56,859 nucleotides of DNA from a virus (Duplodnaviria; Caudoviricetes), in IMG/VR virus record IMGVR_UViG_3300031949_000044, positions 1-56,859 of that record; one strand, 5' to 3'. This document shows, one piece after another, positions 44,914-54,702 of this stretch. Positions within the stretch are counted from its first letter, which is position 1; each line of letters begins with the position of its first letter. A model generated the notes under the pieces. It saw nothing but the letters and a program-made list of their open reading frames with translations. It had not been told where the DNA came from and did no database searches. A program made the position numbers and the translations under genes.

Positions 44914-45470
44914 TGCCAGTGACTGATACATTCGCGCTGCGGTATCCAGGCCCCTACGATGTAGTCAACGCGACTTCCTGGCAGAACCTGGCCACCGATA
45001 TCGACTCGGCGATGACGGTCGTGGATACCAAACGTGTCGCCGCCGTCAAGCCCAACTCGGCTCGCGTCTTCAACGACAGCACTCAGCTTCTCACGAACGG
45101 TGTCCCCGCCACCATCACTTACAGTACCGAGGAATGGGATGTCGGCGGCATAGCCAACCTCGGCACGAATAGCGATAGACTGACCGTTGGCACCGGAATC
45201 TGGCTTGTGGTCGGTGGTTTGCTATTCTTTGGCATGACGGTGATCAACCATGTTGAAGTAAATATCACCGTGAATGGCGCAAACTATTGCCAACATCGTA
45301 TTGGCCGTATTTACTCAGGAGCTTCGCCGGGAATCCAGGTTACCGGTCTGGTAGTGTGTACGGCGGCCACGGACTACGTGACCATGACAGCAGCCTGGAC
45401 TGGGACCGGTGGTCCCGCAACAGCATTCAGCGGCTACCTGCAAGCAACCAAAATGCGCAACTACCCATAG
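44913..45470 (+). CDS. Minor tail protein
   Basis: LRYP..D....NLATDID N-terminus; beta-rich C-terminus. Confidence 0.65.
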   Translation: MPVTDTFALRYPGPYDVVNATSWQNLATDIDSAMTVVDTKRVAAVKPNSARVFNDSTQLLTNGVPATITYSTEEWDVGGIANLGTNSDRLTVGTGIWLVVGGLLFFGMTVINHVEVNITVNGANYCQHRIGRIYSGASPGIQVTGLVVCTAATDYVTMTAAWTGTGGPATAFSGYLQATKMRNYP

Positions 45471-45478
45471 GAGTCGAC

Positions 45479-46279
45479 ATGGCTTGGAGGGCCGCCAATT
45501 CCCTTAGGAAGCTCCACTCGGACCTGAAGAGCACTTACCCGAGAGCGGTGCCACCGGCGACCGACGTCAATAGCTGGGGCATCATCGGGGACCTCGATCA
45601 CACCAATACCAGCGACCACTCCCCGCATGATTTCCCTGGCTGGGGGAACGAGATCGTCACAGCCGCCGACTGGCCTCACGCACCCAATCTGGGCCTGGAT
45701 GCCGGCAGGGTCGCCGAGTTCCTTCGGCTGTCTCGGGATGCTCGGATCAAGTACGTCATCTTCAACCGCCGGATGTTTTCCAGCTACACCTCGGGAGCCA
45801 CTTCCGGTTGGACGTGGCGCCCGTATGCTGGGTCTGATCCGCACGATACCCACGCACATCTGTCCGTGGTTGGCGACGTGCGGGCCGACGGAACACAACC
45901 CTGGTCCATCGCGCCACCAATCGCCAAACCCCTAGGAGGGGAAGACATGCAGGTTCTCGCTCGTGAGGTTCCAGGATCAGGACCGATCTGGCTGTGTGAC
46001 GGTATTCATCGCCGCATCGTTGCGGACGACCTCGTCAGTTCTGTGCAGTGGCTCGGCGCGTCGGGTGCCATTGGTCCATTATGGAATAGTGGCGCGATAT
46101 GGGAGGGCGCCGCCCTAGACGCGTTCGGTGTTTTGGACTCAGCGGAGATTGCCCTCACTCCTGCACAGGTTATCGAGGTCGCCGGCCTGATCGCCACGAA
46201 TCTCGCCACTAATGCCGCATTCCTGACAGCCGTCGCAAATGCCGTATTGGATGAGGATCACGCCCGTTCGGCCGACTGA
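45479..46279 (+). CDS. Endolysin (LAS/M15-like zinc peptidase)
   Basis: IGDLDH..SDH.P...VTAAD...KYVIFNRR...PHDTHAHLSV; lies before the holin. Confidence 0.75.
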   Translation: MAWRAANSLRKLHSDLKSTYPRAVPPATDVNSWGIIGDLDHTNTSDHSPHDFPGWGNEIVTAADWPHAPNLGLDAGRVAEFLRLSRDARIKYVIFNRRMFSSYTSGATSGWTWRPYAGSDPHDTHAHLSVVGDVRADGTQPWSIAPPIAKPLGGEDMQVLAREVPGSGPIWLCDGIHRRIVADDLVSSVQWLGASGAIGPLWNSGAIWEGAALDAFGVLDSAEIALTPAQVIEVAGLIATNLATNAAFLTAVANAVLDEDHARSAD

Positions 46280-46322
46280 CCGCTACAATTCAATCAGGTT
46301 CTGTGCCTAGGAGGAGGTTTCC

Positions 46323-46526
46323 ATGACGTCCTGGGTGCAGAAGCTGGTGATGGTGGTAGTGATCGGCGTCTGGAGCACCTACATGCTCTCTGCCACATTT
46401 CATTCCGGGGAAGTACCATCACCTTTCGTGTGGACAATCCCGGGAGGCACGTATGCGATGCTGACCGGACGGGTACCTACCTTCTGGCGACAGTCGTCAT
46501 CCGAATCAGAGAAGGAGAAACCATGA
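46323..46526 (+). CDS. Small membrane protein (lysis cassette)
   Basis: AGGAGGAGG RBS; TM helix. Confidence 0.65.
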   Translation: MTSWVQKLVMVVVIGVWSTYMLSATFHSGEVPSPFVWTIPGGTYAMLTGRVPTFWRQSSSESEKEKP

Positions 46527-46633
46527 ACAACGCAGCGGCCCTGGTGCTCGGATTGCTGGTCATGTTCGGGACGGCGATCCTGATCCTTGGCCTTCGGCGT
46601 GGTGTATCCGCTCTCCGGCGTAGCAGGCAGTAG
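46523..46633 (+). CDS. 36-aa TM peptide
   Basis: AAGGAG RBS, ATGA overlap, one TM helix with a basic tail. Confidence 0.5.
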   Translation: MNNAAALVLGLLVMFGTAILILGLRRGVSALRRSRQ

Positions 46634-46669
46634 CCCACACGTTCTGTCGACAGGGGCTACTCTGAGATC

Positions 46670-46933
46670 ATGTTCACCAAGGCGTTCCTCAAGGGTGCCG
46701 CAGAACGAGCACTCAAGACCTTCCTCCAGGTCTTCCTGACCGTGGCCATCGCACCACAGGTGGTGGGTGGACTGATCGATGTCCGTGGCATTGGCTGGGA
46801 GGATGGCGTGTTCTTCGGCCTCGGCGCCGTGGTGCTGTCCATGGTCACGTCTGCGGTGTCCCTGAACGTTGGCTCCAACGGCTCCGCATCGGCGGTGTCC
46901 GACCGTCCCACCGACCCGGAGAACCGTGGCTGA
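46670..46933 (+). CDS. Holin (r1t-like)
   Basis: FLKGAAERALKTFLQ motif; two TM helices. Confidence 0.85.
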   Translation: MFTKAFLKGAAERALKTFLQVFLTVAIAPQVVGGLIDVRGIGWEDGVFFGLGAVVLSMVTSAVSLNVGSNGSASAVSDRPTDPENRG

Positions 46934-47067
46934 GGTCCAGGCCACTGACATTCCGGAAGAGATCGTGGCCCTTCCTGACGAACGAGCAGGGAAGATTCAC
47001 AGCCAGGAGGGTCGCGTATTGATCACCTTGGCTGAGATTCTGACCCTCTGGGAACGGATCAACGGTC

Positions 47068-47616
47068 GTGGCTGATTGTCGGATGCGCCACTCGTGGGCC
47101 ATCTCCTGGGATGATCCACTCATGCCCCAAGAGATGATCCCGCTTGTCGACCCGGTGATCAAGGGGTGGTTGCGCCGGAAGCCGCAGTGGTGGTTCGATG
47201 GCCCGATACTCCTGGCCGATCCGTACGGCAGACTGATCTTCTCGGTCACCATCATCGCCAGGGACCGCTGGGAGTGCCACCGTAGGGCCTTCAGGATCGC
47301 TGCCGGAGTGGCGGCTGCCACCAAGACCAGGCTGACGGATTTCGGCGACTCAGCGCCGGCTCAGCTCCCCAAACACACGAACCGGGGACAGGGGAGACGG
47401 GGCGCCACGGGCCTCAAGCGTCCGTGCGCTGTCTCGTCGTGCGAGACTCAGGCGAAGACCAGGGGCTGGTGTCAGCCGCACTACCAACGGTGGCGACGTT
47501 GGGGTGACCCGGAAGGTATGCCGCCGAAGGAGACAGACGATGGCCCGAATCCAGATTCCCGTCACCAGACTGAGCCGATACACGCTGGCGGTCGCACCGA
47601 CCCCGACCACGGGTGA
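47068..47616 (+). CDS. Hypothetical protein with a C-terminal zinc-binding motif
   Basis: CAVSSC...RGWCQPHYQRWRRWGDP. Confidence 0.55.
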   Translation: MADCRMRHSWAISWDDPLMPQEMIPLVDPVIKGWLRRKPQWWFDGPILLADPYGRLIFSVTIIARDRWECHRRAFRIAAGVAAATKTRLTDFGDSAPAQLPKHTNRGQGRRGATGLKRPCAVSSCETQAKTRGWCQPHYQRWRRWGDPEGMPPKETDDGPNPDSRHQTEPIHAGGRTDPDHG

Positions 47617-47878
47617 CGCGACCAACGGCCATTGGGTGCTGAACGATGGCGCCACGTTCTTCGAGTTCCGGAACAATGGCGCAGTTCAGCGCCAGATCGA
47701 CATCCTGATCGCGGACACCTGGGACTCCGATCTCACGATCGCGGCTCGGACGTACCAGCTCACCGCGTCCGCCACGGATATGAAGAGCGGCACCTTCCCC
47801 ACCCACCTGTACGGGAACATGCTCCTGCTCGACGTGGCGCACAGCGACGTGAGGGTCCTGGCCTTTAGCGTGCTTTAG
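47540..47878 (+). CDS. Probable small virion protein
   Basis: AAGGAG RBS; GDATNG...NDG motif recalled from actinophage structural proteins. Confidence 0.6.
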   Translation: MARIQIPVTRLSRYTLAVAPTPTTGDATNGHWVLNDGATFFEFRNNGAVQRQIDILIADTWDSDLTIAARTYQLTASATDMKSGTFPTHLYGNMLLLDVAHSDVRVLAFSVL

Positions 47879-48177
47879 TCCTTCAGCCCGAGGTACACCG
47901 CGACCAGAGCGCCGATGGCTGTAATGATCGCGAAACCCTTCTGCCACGGGTCCCAGGACTTCTTGGCGGCCCTGTCTACCGCTTCGGAGGTCACCTGGAC
48001 CGTGGAATGGTCATTCTCCAGCACGTCTTTCAGGTGCTGGATGGACAGGGTCATCTTGTGAAACTCGACCACCAGATCGGCGAGATGGCCATTTATGGTG
48101 GCGAAGTGTCGGTCATGGGAGTCGAGTCTTTCGTCCGTGCCACCGTCCTTGTGGCCTCGTTCGTATTCTCTGTCCAT
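47875..48177 (-). CDS. Hypothetical protein with C-terminal TM helix
   Basis: Coiled region plus TM; TAGCCT 6 nt before the ATG. Confidence 0.6.
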   Translation of the reverse strand: MDREYERGHKDGGTDERLDSHDRHFATINGHLADLVVEFHKMTLSIQHLKDVLENDHSTVQVTSEAVDRAAKKSWDPWQKGFAIITAIGALVAVYLGLKD

Positions 48178-48361
48178 GACTCCAGGCTACGATAGACCTT
48201 AGTCAGGGCCGGATATGCCTGGAGGAGCCGACAGGTGCGCAGGTGCAGGATCAGCCGATTGAGCGCCTGATAGGGCCTCGGTGCCGTGAGCATCTCCCCG
48301 CAAGTACAGGAGATCTTGGTCTCGGTGTCGTGGATCTGAATCACCGGTATACAGATCAACA

Positions 48362-48562
48362 TCACAGCTCACCCCGTTCCTGGTACTTCTTGATCCTCAT
48401 CCCGATCGCGTACGAGGCACAGGACGGACACGCGTTCCAGCAGGGTCGATAACCCTCACAATCCTCCTGGCAACACGGACTGACGAGGATCTCTTCAATC
48501 TCCAGCCTCAGCTTCTCGTTCCACTGTGGCTGGGTGATCTTCCGTCTCAGGAACCTAAACAT
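48362..48562 (-). CDS. Cys-rich hypothetical protein
   Basis: GGAGG RBS; coupled to neighbours. Confidence 0.5.
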   Translation of the reverse strand: MFRFLRRKITQPQWNEKLRLEIEEILVSPCCQEDCEGYRPCWNACPSCASYAIGMRIKKYQERGEL

Positions 48563-48815
48563 CACCCACCTCCACGCCCTCAAAAAACCCGAACACTCCG
48601 AGCAGCAGGATCGCCTGCTCCGGCGACTCGACCCGGGCCTCACAGACCACGGCCAGGTTCGAGTCCCAGATGGCAACCCACCCCTCCATGCCAGGGTCCA
48701 GGGTCACCCGCCACTGAGACTCATGCCGGTACGTGTTGTCCGCGTTCAGTACGTCGGTCTCCTGCCTGAACCCCTGGGCCAAGAGGAGGGGCTTCAGTGC
48801 CAGTGCGAGATCCAT
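48555..48815 (-). CDS. Hypothetical protein
   Basis: AAGGAG RBS before MDLALALK. Confidence 0.55.
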   Translation of the reverse strand: MDLALALKPLLLAQGFRQETDVLNADNTYRHESQWRVTLDPGMEGWVAIWDSNLAVVCEARVESPEQAILLLGVFGFFEGVEVGDV

Positions 48816-48958
48816 CGTGTTCTCCTTCGCTGTCGCGCCGGCTCCCGGTATCGGAGTTGACACCGGGAGCATGTTCCGTAGGTCCAGATCGCACAGAATG
48901 TTCGGTGGTGCATGCCGAACCGGCATTGAAACTTCCCCATCGCGCCTTTATCTTGTTG

Positions 48959-49663
48959 CTAGTCGTCATCGCTCCATTTTTCTGGAACGTACCCCCCAAG
49001 AATAGCAAGTTTCAGGGTCACGCAGGCGTTGTCGTCAGTCTGGACCTCACCCGGCTTGAATCGGTCGCCGCAATCCATTTCGCAGGAGATATAGTACGTG
49101 CGTCCGTTAGCATCCGGCCTTGAAAGCGAATCGATAACATGGATCACATGTAAATTGGACAACAGGGCCAGTGCCCTGTGAAGCTGCGGATCCAGGATGG
49201 ACTTCAGGTACGCTTCAGCTACCTCGTTCGGGTTTGCCGATGCTGACGTGGGCGTCGGGACTGGTACGGGCGTCACACCAGTCATGCCGACCTGCCAATC
49301 GTCGGTACTCAGGATCTTCTGAGCCGCTTCCCTCGCCTCGGGAGTCATCGGGACCCGCAGTGCTCCGGACAGGACCCCCTGAGGCACGCAGGGACAGCCA
49401 CAGCAATTGTGAAAAGCGTACCGGTCGTTGCTCTGCTTGGCCCAGTGAGCGAACTGCTCCACGCACGGATGCGGGATGCCATGCTCACAGAACCGGACCA
49501 TGATTATGACGTTCGTGCCGAACGGGGCCTCCTGGTATCCGAGCGGCCAGGACTCCCACGGCCCTGGGATCTTCTGGTGTAGCGCACACGGCGGCTTGCA
49601 GTGCTCCTTGGCGTGATGCCGAAGCACTGTTCTGTTCACCATCACAGTCGTCTCTTCGAACAT
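48959..49663 (-). CDS. Hypothetical protein (Cys/His-rich N-terminal domain)
   Basis: GGAGG RBS; RFCEHGIPHP...HNCCGC. Confidence 0.6.
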   Translation of the reverse strand: MFEETTVMVNRTVLRHHAKEHCKPPCALHQKIPGPWESWPLGYQEAPFGTNVIIMVRFCEHGIPHPCVEQFAHWAKQSNDRYAFHNCCGCPCVPQGVLSGALRVPMTPEAREAAQKILSTDDWQVGMTGVTPVPVPTPTSASANPNEVAEAYLKSILDPQLHRALALLSNLHVIHVIDSLSRPDANGRTYYISCEMDCGDRFKPGEVQTDDNACVTLKLAILGGYVPEKWSDDD

Positions 49664-49992
49664 TCAGTTCCCTCCCAGGCTCTGGTACCAGGTGATCGCG
49701 AGTATCGCGACGACAGTGAAGACGATGATCCAGAAAACAACCCGGTCTCCGTTTCCGTTGCCGTTTCCGTTGCCGCCGCTCATCTGGTACTCACATACCA
49801 ATAGCCGACCACGGCGAGCAGGCCCAGCACCATGATGACGATGACTAGGCAGCCTTCCCTGGTATCTCTGGCCTCTCTGCGGTTCCTGTGTCGTGATCTC
49901 ACTGGCCTACACCCTTGAAAGCCAGGACCAGTCCGATAGCCAGTCCAATAGCCATGACCCAGAACAGTATCCTGTCCTTAGGTGCTGGTTCG

Positions 49993-50580
49993 TTACTCAT
50001 CTGTCTCCTTTCCTAGGTGCCTGACCTCCCCGTATCCGGCCATCTGCAATAGTGTGAGTCGGTCTTCGAGCCACATGAAGTGATAGTGCTGTTCGGCGAG
50101 GACGGCACCTCGCATCTTATGGATCACGACGGACATGTCTCCGGGTCCTTTGATCCCCAACGAGTCTGTGGCATGGAGAAGGTTGACCGGATCCTGTTTC
50201 ACGCCGTGTTTCATCTCCAGGACCCTGACCTGGTCAATCTTCGACCGAACGAACAGGTGATGCGCGCCTTCCCATCGCATGCAGGTCAGGAACTTCCCGA
50301 TGTTCCGCTCTCCGACGCCTCTGTACTTGATCACCAGGATCCCGTAGTCAGCGTCAGCGTTGACCTTCTCCAGGTCCACCTCGTTCATCCAGGGACCGAT
50401 GAGCATCCTGCCCTGGGTAGCCTTGACCTCGATCGCGATCCTGGGGTGCAGATCGATGTCGCCCACGTCCTTGGCGCCGGACAGGGAGAGCCGCTTGGCG
50501 TAGGGCCAGCCCCGGTCCTTGCAGTACTCCCGGACCATGGACTCAGCCGACGTGCCGGCCATCTTGGGCTTGTTGACCAT
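49993..50580 (-). CDS. Holliday junction resolvase (PD-(D/E)XK type)
   Basis: KMAGTSAE...DVGDI...IEVK motif. Confidence 0.8.
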   Translation of the reverse strand: MVNKPKMAGTSAESMVREYCKDRGWPYAKRLSLSGAKDVGDIDLHPRIAIEVKATQGRMLIGPWMNEVDLEKVNADADYGILVIKYRGVGERNIGKFLTCMRWEGAHHLFVRSKIDQVRVLEMKHGVKQDPVNLLHATDSLGIKGPGDMSVVIHKMRGAVLAEQHYHFMWLEDRLTLLQMAGYGEVRHLGKETDE

Positions 50581-50735
50581 CCCGCTCCTCCTCCCCGTGC
50601 TCCATCTTCAGATGATGAATCGCCATACCCAGGGCCTGGCTCCAGCGGACGTACCAGGTGATGTCCCGTCGTCCACAGGTGCATTCCCAGTCCCAGGCAC
50701 AGACGGGCCGGTCCTTGAAGACCTTGACCCGATAT

Positions 50736-51038
50736 TCAGATGGCATCGTTCACCCGGATCCAGTTCCAGACCCGACGCCAGAAACCCTTGCGGGTCAGCC
50801 AGAGCCTGGACCTGAGCTGGCGCTCCTCTTCGAGCTTCCGGAGGCGCTTCCGTTCTGCGTAGAGGTGAGCCATACCATCAGGGTGGTGCATCCACTCGGG
50901 ACGCTTGTGGGACCACTCGGCGTACTCCCAGTCGTACTCATGGACCAGCTCGTCCACGCCCAGGTTCCGACACAGGAGACACGTGCACACTCCGGACTCC
51001 TGCGTCACTTTCCAGATAGCCATCAGGTCATCATCCAT
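50736..51038 (-). CDS. Hypothetical protein
   Basis: Coupled ORF in the right-arm operon. Confidence 0.5.
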   Translation of the reverse strand: MDDDLMAIWKVTQESGVCTCLLCRNLGVDELVHEYDWEYAEWSHKRPEWMHHPDGMAHLYAERKRLRKLEEERQLRSRLWLTRKGFWRRVWNWIRVNDAI

Positions 51039-51253
51039 CAGTCACGTACCCCCAATCGGTTGTTGTGGATCGCCACGATGTACCGCGCGAGTTCCTCGGT
51101 CCACGTCTCAGCGAACACGCGAACCTGGCCATAGCCGTAGACTTCGCTGAGTCGATCAACTTGGAGGTTGATGATCGCCCAACCGTCACCAGTGACGTCG
51201 TTCTCGGTGACGTACCAACGCGAGAAGATTGCTTCCTCACCGGTGACTGGCAT
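51038..51253 (-). CDS. Hypothetical protein
   Basis: Coupled ORF; ARYIVAIHN motif. Confidence 0.55.
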   Translation of the reverse strand: MPVTGEEAIFSRWYVTENDVTGDGWAIINLQVDRLSEVYGYGQVRVFAETWTEELARYIVAIHNNRLGVRD

Positions 51254-51255
51254 GG

Positions 51256-51627
51256 TCAGACCTCGAACTTGTTCACGAACCGACGGGACTGGAACTGACG
51301 GAAGATCTCCGGTCGGGTCAGCCGCAACCGTTCGACGTTCAGGGCGCGGACGACCTTGTCCTCCTCGTAGATCCGGTACAGCTCGGGCTCAGCCCTCTGA
51401 AACTCGGCCTTCTGGAACGTGTTCGTTCTGGCCCATGTCACGGCCGTCACCCCGTTCACGGTCGCCTCTTCAGCGTCACCCAGGAGGGTCTCCAGCTCCC
51501 CGCGCAGCAGTTCCTCGATCTTGGCCCAAGCTTCCTTCGCGGCCTTAGCCTCTGTGTACCGCCTGAGCAAGTCCACCTGCGTGTCAAGCTTCACCGGTTC
51601 GGGTGAAACTGGGGCAGAGTCAATCAT
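51256..51627 (-). CDS. Hypothetical protein resembling the C-terminal region of YqaJ-type exonucleases
   Basis: LGDAEEATVNG..VTW...F....PELY..Y; AAGGGAG RBS. Confidence 0.6.
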   Translation of the reverse strand: MIDSAPVSPEPVKLDTQVDLLRRYTEAKAAKEAWAKIEELLRGELETLLGDAEEATVNGVTAVTWARTNTFQKAEFQRAEPELYRIYEEDKVVRALNVERLRLTRPEIFRQFQSRRFVNKFEV

Positions 51628-51653
51628 TATGTCTCCCTTCCTTGTCTGAGTAG

Positions 51654-51683
51654 ACTATATCACCCCCCGGGGGAGGGGGGCAA
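51654..51683 (-). promoter_or_regulatory. Promoter carrying the CCCCCGGGGGAGGGG spacer motif
   Basis: TTGCCC-N18-TATAGT. Confidence 0.65.
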
Positions 51684-51962
51684 CGGTTCGTCCTTCCGAG
51701 ATTCGGCGAGACCGGGACCCTCACGTCTCTTGATCTTCTCCCAGGCGCCACGAGGAGCACCGATGATCCGTGCGGCACCGTGCCTGGCCCCATGCTTGAT
51801 GATCAGACATCCGGAGCACCAGGCATCGTTGGCCGCCGCTATCTCGGGCGTGGAGTGGGCGCGCTTGCCGCAGCTACAGCAGACGGTTTCGATGTTGGGT
51901 CCATGGAGGGTCTCCACGTATGTGCGGTCCTGGTCGTAGTGATGGATGTCGCCGATCGCCAC
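51660..51962 (-). CDS. Hypothetical zinc-binding protein
   Basis: Two CxxC motifs. Confidence 0.5.
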   Translation of the reverse strand: MAIGDIHHYDQDRTYVETLHGPNIETVCCSCGKRAHSTPEIAAANDAWCSGCLIIKHGARHGAARIIGAPRGAWEKIKRREGPGLAESRKDEPLPPSPGG

Positions 51963-52128
51963 GAGCTACTCCCTTGGTACGCGAGCCTTCGTGTTCTTCA
52001 TGACCTGATCGGAGTCGAAGTCGCAAACTGAACAACAGCACCAACAGCCACCGTTGATCCAGCCCTCTTCGACGCCGTCATGCACCTGGTCATGGAATGC
52101 CTGTGCCTGATCGACGTCCATCGTGCTC

Positions 52129-52368
52129 TTATCCGAGGAGGTCGAGCTGGACCGCGTCATCCCCGCCTTCTTCCTTCTTCTTCTTGAGCCGGATGCACTC
52201 CGAGCAGATGTGCACCTCAAGATCCTTGCCGGTCAACGATGGCCCCACGTAGCAGTGCCACCCCATCGCCCGTGCTGCCTGGATGGTGGAGTGCCGGCTG
52301 CCCCGTTCCATGAACCGCGACCCACACTTGAGGTCACATTCGATGTCCTCGGCCAGGATCCAGGTCAT
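52129..52368 (-). CDS. Small zinc-binding protein
   Basis: ECDLKCG...GWH...HICSEC. Confidence 0.55.
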   Translation of the reverse strand: MTWILAEDIECDLKCGSRFMERGSRHSTIQAARAMGWHCYVGPSLTGKDLEVHICSECIRLKKKKEEGGDDAVQLDLLG

Positions 52369-52649
52369 TCGTCCCTCTCGTATCCCATTATATTCAAGAT
52401 CCCGAACACGATAGTCAGGACGGCGCACATGCTGGCCATGTAGCTAGCGAAGTCATGACCCTCTCCTGTGGGGAAGATGTACCACTTCATCACCAAGAAG
52501 AGCATGTTCAGCGCAAAGAAGAGAATCCAGACCCTGTTGCTCACGGCCGGTCGTCCTTGTTTCTGTTGCTGAGAACTACGAACAGGCCGATGGCGAAGAC
52601 GAGCCCGAGTGCCTGGCTGGCCGGGTTGGTCAGCAGATCATAGAGAAGG

Positions 52650-53045
52650 TCACCCATCATCGTCCATTTCCCTGATGGTTACCGACACCCCGTACCTCTT
52701 CGTGGATCCGTCATTGAACTCGACCTGGAACGCCTGCATCACAAAGGCGGCGTCCATGATGCTTCGCCCATCTCCACGATTCACCCAGTCGATCTTCACC
52801 TGCCCGTCCCCAGCGATCAGGATCGGGTACCCGGGCAACCACTCCTGGAGCTGGTCGGCCGCTACCTGAGCCAGGGCGAACGCTTCCGGTGACGGTGCCA
52901 TCCTCTGTTCCTCCTCTCTCTGCTTCTTCTGTCGATCCCTGGCGTGTCGTATCGATTCATTCATCTCGATGAACTTGTTCTTCTGCTCAACCGTCAGATA
53001 CATGCCCTGGATCAGCCTCAGTACCCTCTTTCCCGGCTCAGTCAC
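52650..53045 (-). CDS. Hypothetical protein
   Basis: Coupled ORF; start uncertain. Confidence 0.45.
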   Translation of the reverse strand: MTEPGKRVLRLIQGMYLTVEQKNKFIEMNESIRHARDRQKKQREEEQRMAPSPEAFALAQVAADQLQEWLPGYPILIAGDGQVKIDWVNRGDGRSIMDAAFVMQAFQVEFNDGSTKRYGVSVTIREMDDDG

Positions 53046-53464
53046 GCGGGGACCAGCTCGTGCTCCCCGCTACCCTCGTGCAGGACAGCGGCACCGAGCA
53101 TCTCCTTCTCGGTCATACCGAACTTGAACAAGGCCCGGTTCACACCCACGTTGAAGTCGGTGACGGCAGCATGCTCCATGCGGGTGAACAGGTGATGCCA
53201 GTACTCGGAGTACGCCTCGTCCATGTCGACGTCCTCCAGGGCCACGAGACCGTCAACGAGAGCGACAGCTTCCGCCGGGGACCAGTCCTCAGTCGCTCCC
53301 TCGGCAAGAACCTCCAGGCTGGAGACCAGAGAGATATTCTTGATAGTTGCTGCCATATCTGGTTCGATGTCTTCCGGCGTAATCCTCACCGGCTGACTGG
53401 CCTCCCGGATCCTCGCCACCAGGTTCCTGAACCACAGCTCCAGGATGATCAGGTACAGCGTCAC
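53042..53464 (-). CDS. Hypothetical protein
   Basis: AAGGGG RBS; acidic helical protein. Confidence 0.5.
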   Translation of the reverse strand: MTLYLIILELWFRNLVARIREASQPVRITPEDIEPDMAATIKNISLVSSLEVLAEGATEDWSPAEAVALVDGLVALEDVDMDEAYSEYWHHLFTRMEHAAVTDFNVGVNRALFKFGMTEKEMLGAAVLHEGSGEHELVPA

Positions 53465-53815
53465 TGTTCGATTCCCCTTCCTTGTCGAGTAGCTGTTGGG
53501 CGGTCACTTTGTTGACGGTATGGACGGTCGCGACCTCCCAGGCTAACCGGAAAGCTTCGTTGAGGGTTCGGACGTACTTGGCTGCCCAGAACGATGCGTT
53601 TGGCAAGACCTGGTAGGAGACATGGGCCGGATCGGTGTCACGCCAGATCCTGTCTTGGTTCTGAGTGCTGACGATCCACTGCTCCGGGCCGACCTTGGAC
53701 AGCGTCACGGCGAACTGGTTGACCCGGTCATGGGCCTCGGGCAACAGGCTGACGGTGTACTCGCTGACCCAACTGCACGCGGTCACCGGCATGGCGTCAG
53801 GACTCATGCTCACTC

Positions 53816-54121
53816 TCACGCCGCTCTCCTCTCCCGGTACAGGTGCCGACAGCCAGGCGGACACTCATCCTTGCGACACCTGATAACCAGTCGTCGTTGA
53901 TCCTCATCCAGGCCACCCCATACACCGAAATGTGCCGGTGGCACAGAATCCAGGGCTCTCTCCAGGCACTCTGTCCGATGTGGACACTTAAAACACAACA
54001 CCTTGGCTGGCATTGGATCCCACCTACCCCGGCGGTCTGGCGAAAAGAACAACTCCCCTCTACCCAGGCAGGGACGGTCGAGATCGTCGTACATGGACTT
54101 CTTGTACGTGGACCCGGTCAT
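53816..54121 (-). CDS. whiB: WhiB-family transcription factor
   Basis: Four-Cys pattern (C...CFKCPHRTEC) and FGVWGG motif. Confidence 0.85.
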   Translation of the reverse strand: MTGSTYKKSMYDDLDRPCLGRGELFFSPDRRGRWDPMPAKVLCFKCPHRTECLERALDSVPPAHFGVWGGLDEDQRRLVIRCRKDECPPGCRHLYRERRAA

Positions 54122-54409
54122 TCACCGCTCCTTGGCGTGCTGCTGCATCCAGGCTATAGCTGCCCGAACCCCGTCCAAGAACGTGGCATCCTCCAAGCGA
54201 ACCTGGATCCGAGCGGCCAGGACGTGTGGCTGCTCGCCAGCCAGTCCGACCAGCATGCCTTCGATCAGTGCCCGCTTCCGGTCTCTGGTCAGCAGCATGT
54301 GTTCCCGATCCAGTTCCTCGGGCAGGGAAGAGCCACGCTTGTGCGCCATCTCCCATACCTCGCTGTATCGCTTGGAGAAGTCTTTGTCAATCACCGGGGG
54401 ACTCGACAA
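54122..54409 (-). CDS. Hypothetical protein
   Basis: ORF abutting whiB. Confidence 0.5.
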   Translation of the reverse strand: MSSPPVIDKDFSKRYSEVWEMAHKRGSSLPEELDREHMLLTRDRKRALIEGMLVGLAGEQPHVLAARIQVRLEDATFLDGVRAAIAWMQQHAKER

Positions 54410-54702
54410 ACCTGGCCTGGACCCAGCCCCTGACCTTGAGGTTCTTGTCGCCCGCCGGACTCTCGAACTGAGTGGTCACTGGCTCGTTGTATTGGTTCGC
54501 GGGCACCTCGTCACGGAAGCCACACACCCGTTCCATGGCCATGTAGCTGCCCTTCGTCACCTGGCTGGTGTACTGATAGACACCCTCACCTATCTGAAGC
54601 CAGTAGCTCGGTTCCGGTTCCATGACTCCCCTCTCTACGATGTGTCCCGGTCCCAACGCGGATGGGTCTGGGTTCGGCAGCCATCCGCGTTGGGAGTGCT
54701 CT

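Noticed and set aside
49744-49778. Short ccgttt/ccgttg repeat
   Set aside because: A hexamer repeat most likely encoding a low-complexity stretch of a small minus-strand membrane ORF; it lacks the CGAC/pentamer grammar.
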